DNA of 63,889 nt, counting the filler, from Intoshia linei (taxonomy: Eukaryota > Animalia > Orthonectida), in the NCBI GenBank assembly GCA_001642005.1. It is 6 parts of 6 records of this genome, joined end to end, with 100 filler letters (N's around TTAATTAATTAA, not from the genome) between each part and the next. Parts side by side here need not be neighbours in the genome. Positions count along the whole stretch, not along the records: positions 60,508 to 62,778 come from LWCA01002359.1; positions 62,879 to 63,889 come from LWCA01002857.1; 4 more parts are not named here. One strand, written 5' to 3'. The translations under genes were made by a program, and so were the position numbers. This document shows, in pieces, positions 60,787-63,889 of the stretch. The notes under the pieces were generated by a model that was not told the origin of the DNA, ran no database searches, and saw only the letters and a list, made by a program, of their open reading frames with translations. Numbering within the stretch: the stretch's first letter is position 1; the number at the start of each line of letters is the position of its first letter.

Positions 60787-62270
60787 TTCCACTGGAGTTA
60801 TAACTGACTGTGCTACTTGTAATAGTGATAATGGTTTAAATTGTTTTGTCTTTGGATTTGGTTATAATATATCGAAGCTAGTAAAGTACGTAAAGCTTAT
60901 TAGCTTTTGTATAATGTCATGTAAAAAAACAATCAAAATATCTAAGGCAGGGGTGTAAAACCTGCAGCCGTACGCCGTAATGTCACATAATTAATGATTA
61001 ATATTTTAATGACTATTTTATTTTCAATTCAAATAAATTTAATGAACTTTGCATCAATTGTTGTCTTCTTGTTGTTTAGTAACTTTAGTGCTAGAAAATT
61101 TTTTAGTGCCATAAAAAATTGCATTTGTCGACTCTAGTTATGAGCCATTGCTAAATTTCTGGACATCAAGGAAAGTATCCAGTAGAGATAATAACCTAAA
61201 CGTTGATATGCCTGACGAATCATTATATCTAAATGACACTAGGAAATATATTTTCTTGACTAGATATGATTCAGATATACATATAGACCATCAAATATCT
61301 AATAAAATGTATATTAGAGAATATCATTTAAGTGTTACAAAACCTGAAAATTCAACTTTAAGTGAATACGTCAATATGTCAAGTGATGAAAGCTTTCAAT
61401 TGAATTGCAATTGAAATTCAATTTTTTATGAAATAGTTAAAATTTAAGTTGCCAAAGATATTATCTATTGTACTTCCTACAATTATTATCTTAACTTTAT
61501 TGTGCATTGCTCTATATAAATGCTTTAAGTGGCTAAAGAGGAATAGACGAAAATACGAGTTAATCATTGAGGTTAGAAACAATAACCGATGCCAAAGAGA
61601 AAGTAATAGCGATCCCTTCATTGTAGATAGTGATTGTGCAGGGAAAAAAACCGGGACAAAATTCCCGGGATATTTAATAATTTCCGGGAATTCAATTTCC
61701 ACAAATAAAAAATATAATTTTCCAGCCATAAATGGAAAAATATCCTTTTTCCAATATTTTTTTTAAAAACCTCTTATTCCAATCACAAATTACTAACGCT
61801 TAAGGAAATTATCCTTTTTTTGCAATATTATTTTGAAAAATATGAGTTGTTAGAAACTGGAACACTATCATCAAGATTGTTAAAATTAAAGGAAGCCCTT
61901 ATGACCGTTCAACCTACGTCAACACAAAATGAAAGAAATTTCTCTACAGCTTCTAATTTCGTTACAAAACATAGAACGCGTTTAAAAGACGAATCTATCA
62001 ATATTATGTGTGTTTTGAGACACTTTTTAAACAATCTAAATTAAAAAAAATTTTTTGTAATTAAATTTGTTAATTTCAATCTAGATTCGTGTTATTTCAT
62101 TAATTAAATTAATTAAGGTCTCTAAAATTTTTAATGCTTCTATATTATATATGAATAAAAATTTTTCCCGGTTCTCGAATTTTGTCATTTCCGGGAAATC
62201 ACAATCACTAATTGTAGACAGTGAGATTAGTAGTGAATTTATACATTTGCCAAACCACAAAGTTACCTAA
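60787..62270 (+). CDS. Orphan single-pass membrane protein (3' exons), tail interrupted by a hAT insertion
   Basis: Exon-like segments at 60787 (Cys-containing), ~61138 and 61437 (ILSIVLPTIIILTLLCIALY followed by basic KWLKRNRRK). Removing the element and one TSD restores ..DPFIVDSEISSEFIHLPNHKVT*. Confidence 0.55.
61628..62210 (+). mobile_element. Non-autonomous hAT element with a perfect TSD
   Basis: ATTGTAGA|TAGTGATTG...CAATCACTA|ATTGTAGA; dimerisation-domain remnant MTVQPTSTQNERNFSTAS..RTRL. Confidence 0.92.
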
Positions 62271-63422
62271 ATTACAATGAAAAAAAAATAAATAAACCAC
62301 CTTCACACCTTAGTGAATATATCACTAATTTTGACGGGGAGGTGTAATGTAGTCTATGAGACAACATTAGTTAATAAAACTCAAATATTTACATTCGAAA
62401 CTAATCCATTTATATTATTACTCAAGTATCTTTAGAATATTAAAACAGAATAAAAATTTATTTAAAAATTATTATTACAATAAACATTACAATAATATTT
62501 TAAGAATACTAAGTGATGTCTCATTTGAAAAATTATATTATGTGCAGAGTCATAGGTCGTCTGTTAAACACAAATCATTAACTTTGAATGATACAGGGTG
62601 TCCCATTTAGAACAGTGCACTTGTTAAAACATTTCATATTATGAGTGCACTGACGAAATAAATAACAAATCAACTGTATAAAAACAAGTTCAGATTAATT
62701 TTGAGAAATGCTAACCACGAGTAAAAGAATTTTTTTAGTCGAGCTATTAATCGAGTTTAAAACATTTAATTTACATGTNNNNNNNNNNNNNNNNNNNNNN
62801 NNNNNNNNNNNNNNNNNNNNNNTTAATTAATTAANNNNNNNNNNNNNNNNNNNNNNNNNNNNNNNNNNNNNNNNNNNNTAATAAATTTCGATGTATAAGT
62901 TACATTTTTTAATTTTATAGGTTAAAAAAAAAGACCCTAATGATTAGGAGCTAATCATAGCCCATTTACGTAAGTATAAGTTTAATCTCAATTTTAAATT
63001 ATAATAAACTTTATTTTAACGTGTATCATAGAGTTTATTCGAAAATAAGTAAGTTTAATAATTGTTACACGATTAACAATTTTTGTAAATATAAAAATTA
63101 TTCATATTTTCGACAAAATTCAAAAAATATAGCCATATTTTTTTCATCTCACGATGCGGCCCTATCAATTTCAAATTATTATGATGTCGCCTTATACGTG
63201 CAATGGATTCCTAATGGCAATATGTTATAAATTATAAGTTATCATCACTAGTAGTTACAGTGATCAATGTAGAAACGCATTTTGCTAATGATAAGCGATT
63301 TATTACATCAAGATTCTTGATTTAAGACATCTTTTTAATAGAAAATGCTCTGTCATGTTTAAAATTGTATAATGTAGACAATGTATAGTATTATTATGAA
63401 TATTATCATTAATAAAAGTAAC

Positions 63423-63889
63423 CTCTGGTATGCCTGAACCTATCGCATAGGCAGAAACGGTTCGTATGATGAGTAGAGCACATAATATAATGAATAATGA
63501 AAATCCAATATATATAATGTACGACACTAGATATTTGATAACGTAGTGTGAATTGTTTCCCACAATTTCGTATGACCATACATTCCACTATTTAATAAAT
63601 AAAACTGAATAATGTTATTATTACCTCGGAACAAGTAATAAAATTAGTTGAATTGGATCTACACAAGGTTTAAATTTCAATTAAATATAACAATATTACG
63701 TTAACCAACAGCACTGTTCGTTATTGAAAAAGAAATTGCTCTTACAGTAACCGCTCTTCAGGTCAAAAAGCCATGAGGACGATATATCAATTAAACCGGC
63801 TAACGCTCCAGATAAACACCCAACTATAAAAACACATATCCAAGCCGACGAATTGTCGTAAATCTTTTTAATAAGATACTTGCTTTTTC
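63423..63889 (-). CDS. CLC chloride/proton exchanger, CLC-3/4/5 type (partial)
   Basis: IVGCLSGALAGLIDISSSWLFDLKSGYCKSNFFFNNEQCCW and the selectivity motif AIGSGIPE followed by a GT donor. Confidence 0.9.

Overview
A very AT-rich eukaryotic (metazoan) scaffold with many very short GT-AG introns (about 35-60 nt) and five fixed 100-nt gaps carrying a TTAATTAATTAA linker. The style resembles a compact parasite genome such as the orthonectid Intoshia linei, but that assignment is inference only. Genes I reconstructed by manual splicing: a head-to-head pair of paralogous orphan multi-pass membrane genes (1-6572); a very compact housekeeping cluster of RPL34, survivin/BIRC5, TMEM258/OST5 and RPB8; the 3' half of DLEC1/CFAP81, with an orphan secreted-protein gene nested antisense in one intron; ILF2 and pelota (divergent); the 3' end of a ZMYND12-like gene; two tandem SLC22-like transporters; a single-pass membrane gene interrupted by a hAT element; and part of a CLC-3/4/5 channel. 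Introns and spacers are packed with DNA transposon remnants: a dominant non-autonomous Helitron family, Tc1/mariner (DD41D, DD37E, Tc1, pogo), several hAT lineages, piggyBac- and Harbinger-type MITEs and foldback elements, often nested. I found no CRISPR arrays, rRNA or tRNA genes. The best novelty candidates are the orphan membrane gene pair, the nested secreted gene, exon-like segments interleaved with RPL34, and the RPB8/DLEC1 3' overlap.
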